Assembly: GCA_947624515.1 (NCBI GenBank)
Contig: CANQKN010000002.1
Span: 1 to 63,747, forward strand
Source of the DNA: an uncultured Bacilli bacterium
GTDB lineage: Bacteria; Bacillota_I; Bacilli_A; RF39; UBA660
Reading direction: 5' to 3'
DNA length: 63,747 bases
In this document: piece after piece, positions 9,993 through 19,950 of the stretch
How the letters are laid out: each line of letters opens with the position of its first letter
How positions within the stretch are numbered: position 1 is the first letter of the stretch
Made by a program: the position numbers and the translations under genes
Notes under the pieces: generated by a model
Told to the model about the DNA's origin: nothing
Databases searched by the model: none
What the model saw: only the letters and a program-made list of their open reading frames with translations

Positions 9993-11369
9993 TTAGAATT
10001 GAATCTTATCTTCAATATAATTCTCAATATCAGTAATTGGTAAAGTGATTTGTTTCATAGTATCACGATCACGAATTGTAACGGTACCATGATTTAAAGT
10101 TTCATCATCTACAGTAATACAAAAAGGTGTACCAATAACATCTTGCCTACGATAACGTTTGCCAATATTACCTGACTCATCGTAAGTAGTTGTAAATTTT
10201 TTAGATAGATTTCTATAAATTTCTGATGCTTTCTCAGTATGATATTTTTTTACAAGTGGTAATACTGCTACTTTATAAGGAGCTAAATAAGGATGAAAAT
10301 GCATAACTTCTCTAGTAGTACCATCTTCTAATGTTTCTTCATCATAACTATTATCTAAAATAGCTAATACCAAACGATCACAACCAACAGTAGATTCAAT
10401 AATATATGGAATATATTTTTCATTAGTTTCAGGATCTAAATATTCTTGTGAAACCGTTGAATATTCCTGATGACGACTTAAATCATAATTAGTACGATTG
10501 TGAGTTCCATTAATTTCACCCCAACCAAAATTAAATTGATATTCAATATCGCAAGCTTCTTTGGCATAATGAGCTAATTTTTCATGATCATGATAGCGAA
10601 GTTTTTCAGTTGGTAACCCTAAATCCATAAAATACTGTTTTGCATATTCCTTAAAGTATGCATATAGTTCGCTATCTGTTCCTTCCTTACAAAAAGTTTG
10701 ATATTCCATTTGCTCAAATTCAATCGTTCGAAAAGTAAAATTACCAGGTGTAATTTCATTACGAAATGCTTTTCCTACTTGACCGATACTAAATGGTAGC
10801 TTTGCTCTCATAGAACGCTGTACATTTAAAAAATTTACATATTCTCCTTGAGCATTTTCTGGTCTTAAATAAATTTTATTTTTACTATCATCAGTTACTC
10901 CACGATAAGTTTCAAACATTAAATTAAATTGACGAATTCCAGTAAAATTACTTTTCCCACATTTAGGGCAAGGAACTTGATGTTTTTCAATATAATCTAA
11001 CATTTCTTCTTGTGTCATTCCATCAGCATGAGCATTTTTATCAAAATCATCAATTAAATTATCTGCACGATGTCTAGTTTTACAATGTTTACAATCAATT
11101 AACGGATCAGAAAAACTAGAAACATGACCACTAGCCTCCCATACTCTTGGATGCATTAAAATGGCAGCATCTACTTCATAGGCATTTTCTCTTTCCTGAA
11201 TAAATCTTTTTCTCCAAGTATCTTTAATATTATTCTTTAATCTAGCTCCTAAAGGGCCATAATCCCAAGTATTAGCAAGTCCTCCATAGATTTCACTTCC
11301 TTGAAAGATAAATCCATATTGTTTACATAAGTTCACTAGTTTTTCCATTGTTAGTTTGTTTTCCTTCAT
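9993..11369 (-). CDS. glyQS: glycine--tRNA ligase (homodimeric class II type)
   Basis: 458 aa; N-terminus MEKLVNLCKQYGFIFQGSEIYGGLANTWDYGPLG and RPENAQG, FRNEITPGNFTFRTIEFEQME motifs. Confidence 0.95.
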   Translation of the reverse strand: MKENKLTMEKLVNLCKQYGFIFQGSEIYGGLANTWDYGPLGARLKNNIKDTWRKRFIQERENAYEVDAAILMHPRVWEASGHVSSFSDPLIDCKHCKTRHRADNLIDDFDKNAHADGMTQEEMLDYIEKHQVPCPKCGKSNFTGIRQFNLMFETYRGVTDDSKNKIYLRPENAQGEYVNFLNVQRSMRAKLPFSIGQVGKAFRNEITPGNFTFRTIEFEQMEYQTFCKEGTDSELYAYFKEYAKQYFMDLGLPTEKLRYHDHEKLAHYAKEACDIEYQFNFGWGEINGTHNRTNYDLSRHQEYSTVSQEYLDPETNEKYIPYIIESTVGCDRLVLAILDNSYDEETLEDGTTREVMHFHPYLAPYKVAVLPLVKKYHTEKASEIYRNLSKKFTTTYDESGNIGKRYRRQDVIGTPFCITVDDETLNHGTVTIRDRDTMKQITLPITDIENYIEDKIQF

Positions 11370-11923
11370 TTTCTTTTTCCTTCTTTCTTACTCATTATTT
11401 GAATTAAATTTTGTTCAAATTCCTCTTTATTATGGCACACTATCATAAAATCCATGATATGTTGATGAAACCCCTTCTGTTCTAAGTAAAATAACTGCTG
11501 TAATAAAAATTGATAATCGTTATTTTCATCATATATCATAATAGGAATTTGTTTATCATTACTTCTATTTTCTTCCATAAATGCTAATAGTTCAGACAAA
11601 GTTCCCATACCACCTGGTAATGCTACGATTAAATCAGAGTTTTCAAACATATCCTTCTTCATATCAAAAGTTGTCTTTTTGATATAGTGCATTGCTTTCG
11701 GTAAATTGACTATATCATCCGTATATTTTTCGGTTGTAAATGAATATATTTTTCGATTACATTTACTAAATTCATCATAACAGATTCCCATCATAGAAGT
11801 AGAGCACCCTCCAAATACTAAGTCAAAATCATTACATGCTAAATAGTGGGAAATACTTCTAGCAATACTACCATAATAAGGATCAATATTTTCAGAACTT
11901 GATGATAAAATAGCTACATTCAT
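11366..11923 (-). CDS. LOG family protein (TIGR00730-type nucleotide hydrolase)
   Basis: 185 aa; PGGMGTLSEL motif and Rossmann-like layout. Stop overlaps the glyQS start; AAGGAAGGA SD upstream. Confidence 0.85.
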   Translation of the reverse strand: MNVAILSSSSENIDPYYGSIARSISHYLACNDFDLVFGGCSTSMMGICYDEFSKCNRKIYSFTTEKYTDDIVNLPKAMHYIKKTTFDMKKDMFENSDLIVALPGGMGTLSELLAFMEENRSNDKQIPIMIYDENNDYQFLLQQLFYLEQKGFHQHIMDFMIVCHNKEEFEQNLIQIMSKKEGKRK

Positions 11924-11940
11924 AATTTATCCTTCCTTAA

Positions 11941-12065
11941 CAAAAATAAAAGAGTTCTTCTAGCAATAGGGACGAAATATTTTCCGCGGTTCCACCCTAC
12001 TTATTCTAAAGAAGAATCTCTTTTTGATACATTGCTCCGACTTTCCTTGTCATCATCACATTACA
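11941..12065 (-). promoter_or_regulatory. T-box leader (glycine-type), unusually compact
   Basis: Minus strand GTAGGGTGGAACCGCGG matches the conserved T-box sequence. The UGGA bulge fits a U73 discriminator as in tRNA-Gly. UGAUGA (GA motif) lies near the 5' end. AAAGAGATTCTTCT...AGAAGAACTCTTT helix plus TATTTTTG precedes the LOG-glyQS SD. Confidence 0.6.
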
Positions 12066-12071
12066 TCAATT

Positions 12072-12100
12072 ATTTTAATTCTTTTTCTAAATCTTGTCAA
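12072..12100 (-). promoter_or_regulatory. sigma-A-type promoter for the T-box/LOG/glyQS unit
   Basis: Minus strand TTGACA - 17 nt - TAAAAT directly after the yfhO stop. Confidence 0.4.
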
Positions 12101-12103
12101 TTC

Positions 12104-14779
12104 CTAACCAATAGAAATATTCATAAAATAAGAAATAATAAAACAAATTGTAAGTCCAACATAAACAAGTAAAATAATACCTAAATAGATAACCAAATAG
12201 AAAATATAAGCAATATTTTGTAACCAGGTAATATCTAATAATTTTTGATAACAGTTACTTTTTAAAAGAATAACAGTTAAAATCAATCCTATCATACTAA
12301 TAATAATACAAGGAACAAATCCTACTGGTAGATATGATAATTGAATCCTATTTTCTCCATCATGTAATGGAATTCCTATATAGTTTTCATATAATGGAAT
12401 AATTTCTACTATCTTTCCATCATTAGTTGCGGTATAACCTTTATTATAATTAATTGGTAAAAATAAGATTTTTCCTTGGGTACCATTTACTTTGGCAGTT
12501 ACCGTATTTCTATGATAAGAAATATTGGTATCAATATATTGAGTATCCATAAATTCTTCATACTTTTGATAATCCATAACTCCCAAAGTAATATGATCTA
12601 AATCGATACTCTTTCGAAACTGAATTTTAATATTAACAGTTTCATTCTCAAAAGTTCCTAAACACAAAGAACCATTATCATTTTCACTAAATGCATTCTG
12701 TTTATATAAATGGTCATTGATATAAATATTAAAATTTTCAAATAATAATAGATTTTTATTATTGATTAAAGAACGTAATATTTCTAAATATAAAACTTTC
12801 TTCCCTACAATCTGAATTTCTTTTTCTAAATAATTATTAGCATCAACATCAATGATACGATATAAGGTAGTATCATTACCTTCCACAATTTCAATATTAT
12901 TTGTATCAAATGTATCACTGATTTCAAAAATCGATTCCTGAGAACCTGTAATATTTTGATACCATGAATTAGAAATTTCAAAAGAATTTTCTTTATCGAA
13001 AATAGTATCATTGTGAGTGAGTAAATAACCATATGATGGTGTTTTTTTCAAAGCATAAAAATTTAAGTTCTGGTATTTTTTGATAAACTCATAGTATTCA
13101 CTATCCAACTCTTCTCTAGTAATTAGATATTTGTTAGCTAAAATACTATCTAAAAATAAATTACCACCTTTAGAGAATGTTTTTACCCACATGGAAGAAT
13201 ATCCCATTTGCTTTAAACTTTCAAGATTATTACGATCTGTTAACGAAGTAAAATGATCTAAAGTATGATATTTCATAACCATTCCACTATTCATAATCAT
13301 ATTAAAGGCTTCGTTTTTCACACGATAATAATTTCCTTCTGTATAATCTTTAGAAATATCAGCTAATTCTTGATATTCACTCATGAGAGTTTGTTGTTCT
13401 TGATCCATTCCAAGATAAACAGAAGTATTTACTAAAATATGAGTAAAGGTTATGGTACTAATTAAAATACAAGTAAAAGTATTGATTTTTTGATTCAATA
13501 AAAGAATACAACTGCATCCTAAAACAGCTAAAAGGGTTGTAAATAATAAAATTAATAATAATTTATGATCAATAGAAATGGTTAAGGTTTCAATAGCTAC
13601 TTGAAAATCATGATAATAATATTTCATAATCATAAAAATACTAACGGAAATAATAATAGTAATTAGAATAGAAAAAATTTGTGGTTTCTTTCCTAAATCT
13701 TTGTGGATAGGTTCATATTGATTAAAGTAATAACAACTACCGATAATCAATAAAAACATCATAATGAATCCAGCACGATATGGAAAAAATGCATAAGAAC
13801 CAAAGTGCCAAATCTTATTAATAGGTTCTATAAAAATAGGAATAAGCATAATTAGTAATACCGGAATATAAAAACTTAAGAAATTTTTATGTTTTTTCCA
13901 TTCCTTTAATAAGAAAAATAAACCCGTATATACAATTCCTCCAAATAAAAGCATAGATACTTTATCAGTAATAGGGCCTGTTTTTGAATTTAATAATACC
14001 GCCCAATCTAATCCTACCCTAGAAGAAATAGAAATTTGTAAGTAAGCAGGTACCACAATAAAGGAAGAACACGCTAAAGAAAGAATGGTAGAAAGCCCAA
14101 GTGATAAAATAGCTTTTTTGCGTAAAGTTTTTTCTTCTTGATAAACCAATAAATAAATAAAAGATGCTAGAAAAATAAAGATAATTACCATCATGGATAC
14201 ATAAAAACTAAATACCAAACTTAAAAATAAAGTAATAATATACAAGGTTGGCTTTTCTAAATCTAATACTTTCTTTAATCCAATCATAATAAGTGGAAAT
14301 AAATACATAGCATCAATCCAAGGAGTAATTTGATACATAATTAAACTATATCCAGAAAAGGCATAAATAATAGCTAAAAGAATACTTAAAAAGTAAGGGA
14401 TTTTTTTAAAATAAGTACGAATAAAATATAAGCAAGTAAGAGAGGATGTTAAAATTTTAAAAGCAATAATGACAGATACTACTAGATAAATATCTTCTCT
14501 TTTTACAAATAATACGAATAGGCTAAAAGGACTTAAAATATAATAAGCAAGGATTCCTAGAAAATTAATACCACTACTAGTAGAAAAATCAATTAGTAGG
14601 GATTGATTTTGATAAAAGCAATCATAAAAATGATAGTAAAAAGCTGTTATCTGATCATGCATATCACCCCAAATTAAAGAATGATTTCCAAAGGGATAAA
14701 TTCCTTTTATAAGAAAAATAAATGTTAGGATTCCAAAAACCAGTAAACTAGTTAAAAAATATGGTTTCAATTTTTTCAT
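12104..14779 (-). CDS. YfhO family membrane protein (putative glycosyltransferase)
   Basis: 891 aa; many N-terminal TM segments, YPFGNHSLIWGDMHDQITAFYYHFYD start typical of YfhO, large C-terminal extracytoplasmic domain and a final TM. Confidence 0.8.
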   Translation of the reverse strand: MKKLKPYFLTSLLVFGILTFIFLIKGIYPFGNHSLIWGDMHDQITAFYYHFYDCFYQNQSLLIDFSTSSGINFLGILAYYILSPFSLFVLFVKREDIYLVVSVIIAFKILTSSLTCLYFIRTYFKKIPYFLSILLAIIYAFSGYSLIMYQITPWIDAMYLFPLIMIGLKKVLDLEKPTLYIITLFLSLVFSFYVSMMVIIFIFLASFIYLLVYQEEKTLRKKAILSLGLSTILSLACSSFIVVPAYLQISISSRVGLDWAVLLNSKTGPITDKVSMLLFGGIVYTGLFFLLKEWKKHKNFLSFYIPVLLIMLIPIFIEPINKIWHFGSYAFFPYRAGFIMMFLLIIGSCYYFNQYEPIHKDLGKKPQIFSILITIIISVSIFMIMKYYYHDFQVAIETLTISIDHKLLLILLFTTLLAVLGCSCILLLNQKINTFTCILISTITFTHILVNTSVYLGMDQEQQTLMSEYQELADISKDYTEGNYYRVKNEAFNMIMNSGMVMKYHTLDHFTSLTDRNNLESLKQMGYSSMWVKTFSKGGNLFLDSILANKYLITREELDSEYYEFIKKYQNLNFYALKKTPSYGYLLTHNDTIFDKENSFEISNSWYQNITGSQESIFEISDTFDTNNIEIVEGNDTTLYRIIDVDANNYLEKEIQIVGKKVLYLEILRSLINNKNLLLFENFNIYINDHLYKQNAFSENDNGSLCLGTFENETVNIKIQFRKSIDLDHITLGVMDYQKYEEFMDTQYIDTNISYHRNTVTAKVNGTQGKILFLPINYNKGYTATNDGKIVEIIPLYENYIGIPLHDGENRIQLSYLPVGFVPCIIISMIGLILTVILLKSNCYQKLLDITWLQNIAYIFYLVIYLGIILLVYVGLTICFIISYFMNISIG

Positions 14780-14789
14780 GATAATACCT

Positions 14790-15527
14790 CTATCCTATTT
14801 TAGCTAAATTTTTAAGAAAATTTCTACTTTTTAAATAAAGTCCTGAATACATATCATAATATTCTGTAATAAATTCTGTTAATTCTTTTTTGATTTCTGG
14901 CTTGATATCAATTTTAGAAATCTGTGATATATCAACATAAATCAACATACGAAGTAATTGAACTGTTTTCTTATTATATATTTTACCATCATGATAGCAG
15001 TTTTGGCAAATATAACCCCCATCAGTAGTAGAAATTGTGACAATATTTTTAGTATTACCACAAATAGAACATCCATCAATCATAGGGCGAATTCCTAAAT
15101 AGTCTAACATTTTCAATTCATAAATGCACGTTAGAACGCCAACATCAAAACCTTGATTTATCTTCAAAATAGTAGCAATTAATAAATCATAAATACCAAT
15201 TTCCATCGAATGCTTATATACTTGTTCTGTTAGTTCTAATAAATAAGAAGCATAGGAGATTCTATCAATATTACTAAAAATATTTCGTAGAGTATCTTTA
15301 CAGTCTGCATTCATTAAAGTAGAAATTCCATTTTCCTTATAATAAATATAAAAATCAGCATAAGTCATTTTATTGCTAATACTTCGCAATTTACTTTTCA
15401 GATTACGACATCCCTTAGACATAATGCTAATAAGTCCATAATTTTTCGTTAAAACTCTTAATATTTTACTAGATTCACTATAATTAGTTTCCGCTAGCAC
15501 GATCCCTTCTGTTTTTACGATTTCCAT
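14790..15527 (-). CDS. recO: DNA repair protein RecO
   Basis: 245 aa; MEIVKTEGIVLAETNYSESSKIL OB-fold N-terminus, Cys4 zinc motif CSICG...CQNC. Conserved position after era. Confidence 0.9.
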   Translation of the reverse strand: MEIVKTEGIVLAETNYSESSKILRVLTKNYGLISIMSKGCRNLKSKLRSISNKMTYADFYIYYKENGISTLMNADCKDTLRNIFSNIDRISYASYLLELTEQVYKHSMEIGIYDLLIATILKINQGFDVGVLTCIYELKMLDYLGIRPMIDGCSICGNTKNIVTISTTDGGYICQNCYHDGKIYNKKTVQLLRMLIYVDISQISKIDIKPEIKKELTEFITEYYDMYSGLYLKSRNFLKNLAKIG

Positions 15528-15615
15528 AATTTCTACTTCTTTCCATTTTTCCTAATAAATTATAATATTTAATATTTCCTGTTTCTTTAAATAAATCCCA
15601 CAATCTTTTTTTCAT
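15484..15615 (-). CDS. YqzL-like small protein (not in the supplied ORF track)
   Basis: 43-codon ORF MKKRLWDLFKETGNIKYYNLLGKMERS... with SD TAGGTGA 5 nt upstream. It occupies the era-recO gap, where Bacillus has yqzL. The 3' end overlaps recO by 44 nt. Confidence 0.45.
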   Translation of the reverse strand: MKKRLWDLFKETGNIKYYNLLGKMERSRNYGNRKNRRDRASGN

Positions 15616-15668
15616 ATTATCACCTATTAACATAGTGGGAATTTTTGATCTATTTTATACAGATACTT

Positions 15669-16556
15669 TTATTTTTCTAAATCATCAAGTCCTAATTCAT
15701 TGAAGTACTTTTCACGATCACGCCAATTTTCAATTACTTTCACAAATAAATCTAAATAAACTTTTTTTCCAAAATATTCTTCTAAATCAACTCTAGCATC
15801 AATTCCAATACTTTTTAACATACTAGCATTTTTGCCAACAATGATTTTTTTAATAGATTCACGATCCACAATAATAGTTGCCTGAATGATCACTTTATCT
15901 TTTTGTTCAATCTTTTTTTCTACCAAACAAGTAACAGAATGAGGTACTTCTTGTCTAGTTTTACGAAGAACCTTTTCACGAATAATCTCACTAATATAAA
16001 AATTGGTAGAGATATTAGTAAAGGTATCATCTTCAAAAATTTTGCCTTCATTTGGTAAATAGTTTTTTATTGTGGTAATCAAAGCTTCCACATTATCATT
16101 TTTTAAAGCGGAAATAGGAAAAATTTCTTGAAAATGATAAAGATCTTTATACTTCATAATGACTTCTAATAACTTTTCTTTGGAAATTCGATCTACTTTA
16201 TTTAATACTAAAATGATTGGTAGTTTTTCTTTAGAAATTCGATCTAAAACAAATAAATCTCCCTTGCCAATTCCTGCTTCTACATCTACTAAAAATAGAA
16301 TCAAATCAACATTTTCTGTCATAGAATAAGCTTTTTGATTCAAAAGATTTCCTAATTTATTGATTGGTTTATGAATACCAGGAGTATCAACAAAAATAAT
16401 TTGACTATCGTTATCTTCATAAACTCCCTGAATAATATTTCTAGTAGTTCCTGCTTTATCAGAAGTAATCGCTAGTTTTGTTTCTAAAATAGTATTTAAT
16501 AAAGTACTTTTACCAACATTAGGCCTACCTACAATACTTACAAAACCACTTTTCAT
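15669..16556 (-). CDS. era: GTPase Era
   Basis: 295 aa; G1 GRPNVGKST, G3 DTPG, G4 NKVD, C-terminal KH domain. Confidence 0.95.
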   Translation of the reverse strand: MKSGFVSIVGRPNVGKSTLLNTILETKLAITSDKAGTTRNIIQGVYEDNDSQIIFVDTPGIHKPINKLGNLLNQKAYSMTENVDLILFLVDVEAGIGKGDLFVLDRISKEKLPIILVLNKVDRISKEKLLEVIMKYKDLYHFQEIFPISALKNDNVEALITTIKNYLPNEGKIFEDDTFTNISTNFYISEIIREKVLRKTRQEVPHSVTCLVEKKIEQKDKVIIQATIIVDRESIKKIIVGKNASMLKSIGIDARVDLEEYFGKKVYLDLFVKVIENWRDREKYFNELGLDDLEK

Positions 16557-16954
16557 TTTAAACTATCCTCTCCAAAAGCATCTTGACATAAATCTTTTAA
16601 ATAATAAGTTTTATGATCTCCTAAAATATTATAACTAATAATTTCTAAATCAGGTAAACAATAATCATTTAGAGCTTGTCTACAGATAAAGCATGGTGTA
16701 ATAATATTTTCAGTTTGATTTAAAATAAAAATTCTTTGAAACTGATCTTTTTGGTATCCATCTGCAATTGCTGAAAAAATAGCACATCTTTCTGCACAAA
16801 TTCCAGCTTGTGGAGAACTGGTTTCAATATTCACACCAGGATAACTCTTACCATCAGTACACTCTAAAATAGCAGCAACTGGATAATGATAGTATTTACT
16901 ACTAGAATTTTGAATCAGTTTGCTTAGTCGTTGAAATATTTTGTTTTCTTCCAT
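16553..16954 (-). CDS. cdd: cytidine deaminase
   Basis: 133 aa; zinc motifs CAERCAIF and PCFICRQ; stop overlaps the era start. Confidence 0.9.
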   Translation of the reverse strand: MEENKIFQRLSKLIQNSSSKYYHYPVAAILECTDGKSYPGVNIETSSPQAGICAERCAIFSAIADGYQKDQFQRIFILNQTENIITPCFICRQALNDYCLPDLEIISYNILGDHKTYYLKDLCQDAFGEDSLK

Positions 16955-16983
16955 ACTATTTTCCTTTCCTCCATGAATAATTT

Positions 16984-17379
16984 TTAAAATAAAGCTATGA
17001 TTTTAGGAATAAAAATAATTCCTGCTACAAATAAAGACATAATTGATAATATCAAACTTGCTCCACTAGCGCAATCTTTGGCAATTTTAGCAAGTTCATT
17101 TTCTTTAGTAGTTACTAAATCAACTGCTGCTTCAATACTACTATTGATCATTTCACAAGCAATTACACTTCCAATACAAATTACTACTACTGCTAATTCT
17201 AATTTAGAAATTTTTAATAAAAAACTAATAATAAAAGTAACAATGGTAGCAATCATCATAATTAAAAAATTCTGTTCTTTTTCAACGGCATAAATAAGTC
17301 CATCAACTGCATGTCTAAAACTTTTAGCATATCTAACTACTATATTTCCAGTATCTTTTCTTCTAACTACTTCTTTCAT
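16984..17379 (-). CDS. dgkA: diacylglycerol / undecaprenol kinase
   Basis: Three TM segments, DgkA-like AVDGLIYAVEKEQNF and SIEAAVDLV motifs. Start moved to the ATG at 17379, which has a GGAGAGAG SD; the track ORF starts at 17409. Confidence 0.85.
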   Translation of the reverse strand: MKEVVRRKDTGNIVVRYAKSFRHAVDGLIYAVEKEQNFLIMMIATIVTFIISFLLKISKLELAVVVICIGSVIACEMINSSIEAAVDLVTTKENELAKIAKDCASGASLILSIMSLFVAGIIFIPKIIALF

Positions 17380-17380
17380 A

Positions 17381-17833
17381 TTAACTCTCTCTCCTAATTC
17401 CAAATTCATTTAAAATATCTTCCTGCTTTTGAAACATAATTTTCTCTTCTTCCTCAGTCATATGATCATATCCTAGTAAATGCAATAAACCATGAATCGT
17501 TAAAAAGGATAATTCTCTTATAAACGAATGACCATATTCTTTAGCCTGTTCGAAAGCCTTGTCCACACAAATATAGATATCTCCTAGTAGGCGATGATCT
17601 AATTCGATTGTCTTATGATCTTCTAAAGCAAAACTAATCACATCGGTTACTCGATCTACATGACGATAAGTTTTATTCATTTCATGAATAGTTTCCTGAT
17701 CTACAAAAATTACATTAAATTCAACATTTTCCAATTTTTCTCTTTTTAGTGTAAATTCCAGGAGTTCATATAATTTCTTTGTTTCTTCCTCTAAATTGTT
17801 TTCCGTTTGATTAAATATTTCATATTGATTCAT
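17381..17833 (-). CDS. ybeY: rRNA maturation RNase YbeY
   Basis: HGLLHLLGYDH zinc motif. Start taken at ATG 17833 (MNQYEIF); the track ORF starts at 17848. Confidence 0.92.
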   Translation of the reverse strand: MNQYEIFNQTENNLEEETKKLYELLEFTLKREKLENVEFNVIFVDQETIHEMNKTYRHVDRVTDVISFALEDHKTIELDHRLLGDIYICVDKAFEQAKEYGHSFIRELSFLTIHGLLHLLGYDHMTEEEEKIMFQKQEDILNEFGIRRES

Positions 17834-18456
17834 CCTAACACCACCCAAATATATCCTATAAATAAACTAACTAACAAAATAGATAAAATATTTAAAAACC
17901 AATTACTTTTAAATATTTTTGGTAAAGAATCTCCTACATAATCAATCATACGATAAATTCCATATCCAATCAATCCACCAATGACATTTAAAATAATATC
18001 ATCAATATCAAAAACTCTTCCAATCATCAATTGTGTAATTTCTACAGTAACGGATGCAAATAAGATTAAACTAAGTGCATGAAATGGCTTGTCCAATTTT
18101 GCAAACAAAGAAGCAAAAATACCATAAGGAATAAACAACACAATATTACCAATTACATTCTTAATAAATAAACGACTACCAAACTGATATCTAGTAATTT
18201 CTTGAAATGGTACTAAATTATTACCCGAAATAGAAAGAGTCTGATCTTCAAAGGTAACAATTTGAAATAAACACAAGATATAAATTAAAAATAATAACAT
18301 AAAAATTTCTTTATACAATATAAAGGGTTTTTTATTTTTTATAATATCGGTTATCCGAATAGATGACAATGTTAAAATCGATATTAAAATCATAGGCCAA
18401 GTAAACTCCATAACCCCTCTAATTGTATGGTCTAATGGCGTAATCAAATTTATCAC
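17830..18456 (-). CDS. VanZ family membrane protein
   Basis: 208 aa, 5-6 TM; NVIGNIVLFIPYGIF and DIDDIILNVIGGLIGY motifs typical of VanZ-like proteins. Confidence 0.75.
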   Translation of the reverse strand: MINLITPLDHTIRGVMEFTWPMILISILTLSSIRITDIIKNKKPFILYKEIFMLLFLIYILCLFQIVTFEDQTLSISGNNLVPFQEITRYQFGSRLFIKNVIGNIVLFIPYGIFASLFAKLDKPFHALSLILFASVTVEITQLMIGRVFDIDDIILNVIGGLIGYGIYRMIDYVGDSLPKIFKSNWFLNILSILLVSLFIGYIWVVLG

Positions 18457-19631
18457 CTAGTTTCTTTTTCTTCTTCTTTAGGAACTTCTTCTACAATAAT
18501 ATCTTGGTATTCGGTAATATTTTCACTCACCTTATAAAATATCACTACTTCTATTTTACTATCTTCTTCAGTGATTTTCAAATTTTTTTCATATAATATT
18601 TTAATATTGTCTCCTAATTTTTCTTTTAAGCGTCGTCTAGCAATATCAGAAGCTTCTACGATAGCATGATCTTTGGTATATACTTGATCGGTAATTTTCA
18701 TTTCCTCTTCAAGAGCAAGAGAAATAGAAAGTGGTAAAATTGGATTTTTTAATTGATATAAATACTGAAGACTGCTATTTTCATATTTAGGATAGGAAAA
18801 GAAAGAAAAACCAGAATGGAGCCATTGAATATAGAGTATTTTTCGTGATTTACCAGTTTTTATCTCTTCTCGATAATGATATGGTAAAGATACCGTAACC
18901 GTATACCAAGTTTCAGCAATCACTTCTCCTTCTGCTCTTACATATCCTACTACTTCTTCTTTATTATGGATTGTACCACCAATTAAAATATCTCCTTTTT
19001 TAACATATTGATCTTTTTTAGTTAAAATCTCTCCACTTGAAGAAGTAATTTTCTGAATGATTCCATTCTTTTTAGCAACAATATTTTTAGGAGTAAGATC
19101 TATTTGATCATGATTTTTCTTTCGCTCTTCTACTTTAATTTCATATTTGGTTCCTTGTCTTTCTATTTCTAACCATTCAATTTGATCCTTATATTTTTTT
19201 AAAATATAATCCTTAATTTTTTCTTTTTGATCAAAAGATACCACAAAATGATACTTTTGAATTCCTTGATTAGCTAATTCTTCCAATAATAAATCTCTAA
19301 TTTGTTTATCATTATGTACGACCTCTACTTCAAAAATAATATTGGTAAGACCCAAAAAGAAAAGAAAACCAAAACTTAAGACAATTAAAAACAAGCGATA
19401 TTTTCGTAAAAAATTTTTAAAAGAGGCAATACCATATAATTTCACAACTTCAATTTCATAAACAGTTTTCATACTGACAATTTTTTGATAATCTTCTTCA
19501 TTTACTTTAACAATTACACTTTTTTTATCAAATTCAATATTTTGAAATTCAATATGCATTTTATATAAATTATGGATAAATCTTTTAATATCTTTTCCTG
19601 AAATCTTAATATCGTAAAAACTCATAATCAA
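18453..19631 (-). CDS. yqfD: sporulation protein YqfD
   Basis: 392 aa, single TM near residue 85, YqfD-like layout. Directly follows yqfC with an overlapping stop/start. Confidence 0.85.
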   Translation of the reverse strand: MIMSFYDIKISGKDIKRFIHNLYKMHIEFQNIEFDKKSVIVKVNEEDYQKIVSMKTVYEIEVVKLYGIASFKNFLRKYRLFLIVLSFGFLFFLGLTNIIFEVEVVHNDKQIRDLLLEELANQGIQKYHFVVSFDQKEKIKDYILKKYKDQIEWLEIERQGTKYEIKVEERKKNHDQIDLTPKNIVAKKNGIIQKITSSSGEILTKKDQYVKKGDILIGGTIHNKEEVVGYVRAEGEVIAETWYTVTVSLPYHYREEIKTGKSRKILYIQWLHSGFSFFSYPKYENSSLQYLYQLKNPILPLSISLALEEEMKITDQVYTKDHAIVEASDIARRRLKEKLGDNIKILYEKNLKITEEDSKIEVVIFYKVSENITEYQDIIVEEVPKEEEKETR

Positions 19632-19873
19632 TTCCTAAACTCAATAGCAGTAAATTGTCCAACAATCATAATTTCATTATCCAATAATTTTTTAATTCGT
19701 AAATTATTACCAGAAACTACTACCGTAGTTTCCTGATAAGTAAGAGATATCTTACTATCTTCCATATAATTAATTTTTTCATAATTAATAATATTTAATT
19801 GATGATTAATATACACGATTTGAAAATCGGTATCATTAATATAATGCATTAAATGAAACATAGGATCACCCAA
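19628..19873 (-). CDS. yqfC: sporulation protein YqfC
   Basis: 81 aa; VVVSGNNLRIKKLLDNEIMIVGQFTAIEFRN resembles the YqfC C-terminus. ATG at 19861 may be the real start. Confidence 0.8.
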   Translation of the reverse strand: MGDPMFHLMHYINDTDFQIVYINHQLNIINYEKINYMEDSKISLTYQETTVVVSGNNLRIKKLLDNEIMIVGQFTAIEFRN

Positions 19874-19883
19874 TTAAATGTAT

Positions 19884-19913
19884 GAAAAAAAAGACTTTAT
19901 TATTAGTCTTTTT
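19884..19913. terminator. intrinsic terminator after trxB
   Basis: AAAAGACT-TTATTATT-AGTCTTTT hairpin flanked by A- and T-runs. Confidence 0.6.
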
Positions 19914-19950
19914 CAGAAAAGATGAAAGAATATATCTTTTTAAAATATCA

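Noticed and set aside
12826-13032. 68-aa same-strand ORF in another frame of yfhO
   Set aside because: An out-of-frame shadow ORF inside an 891-aa gene with continuous YfhO-like sequence.
16997-17293. 98-aa ORF antisense to dgkA
   Set aside because: It mirrors the hydrophobic dgkA frame. This is an antisense artefact.
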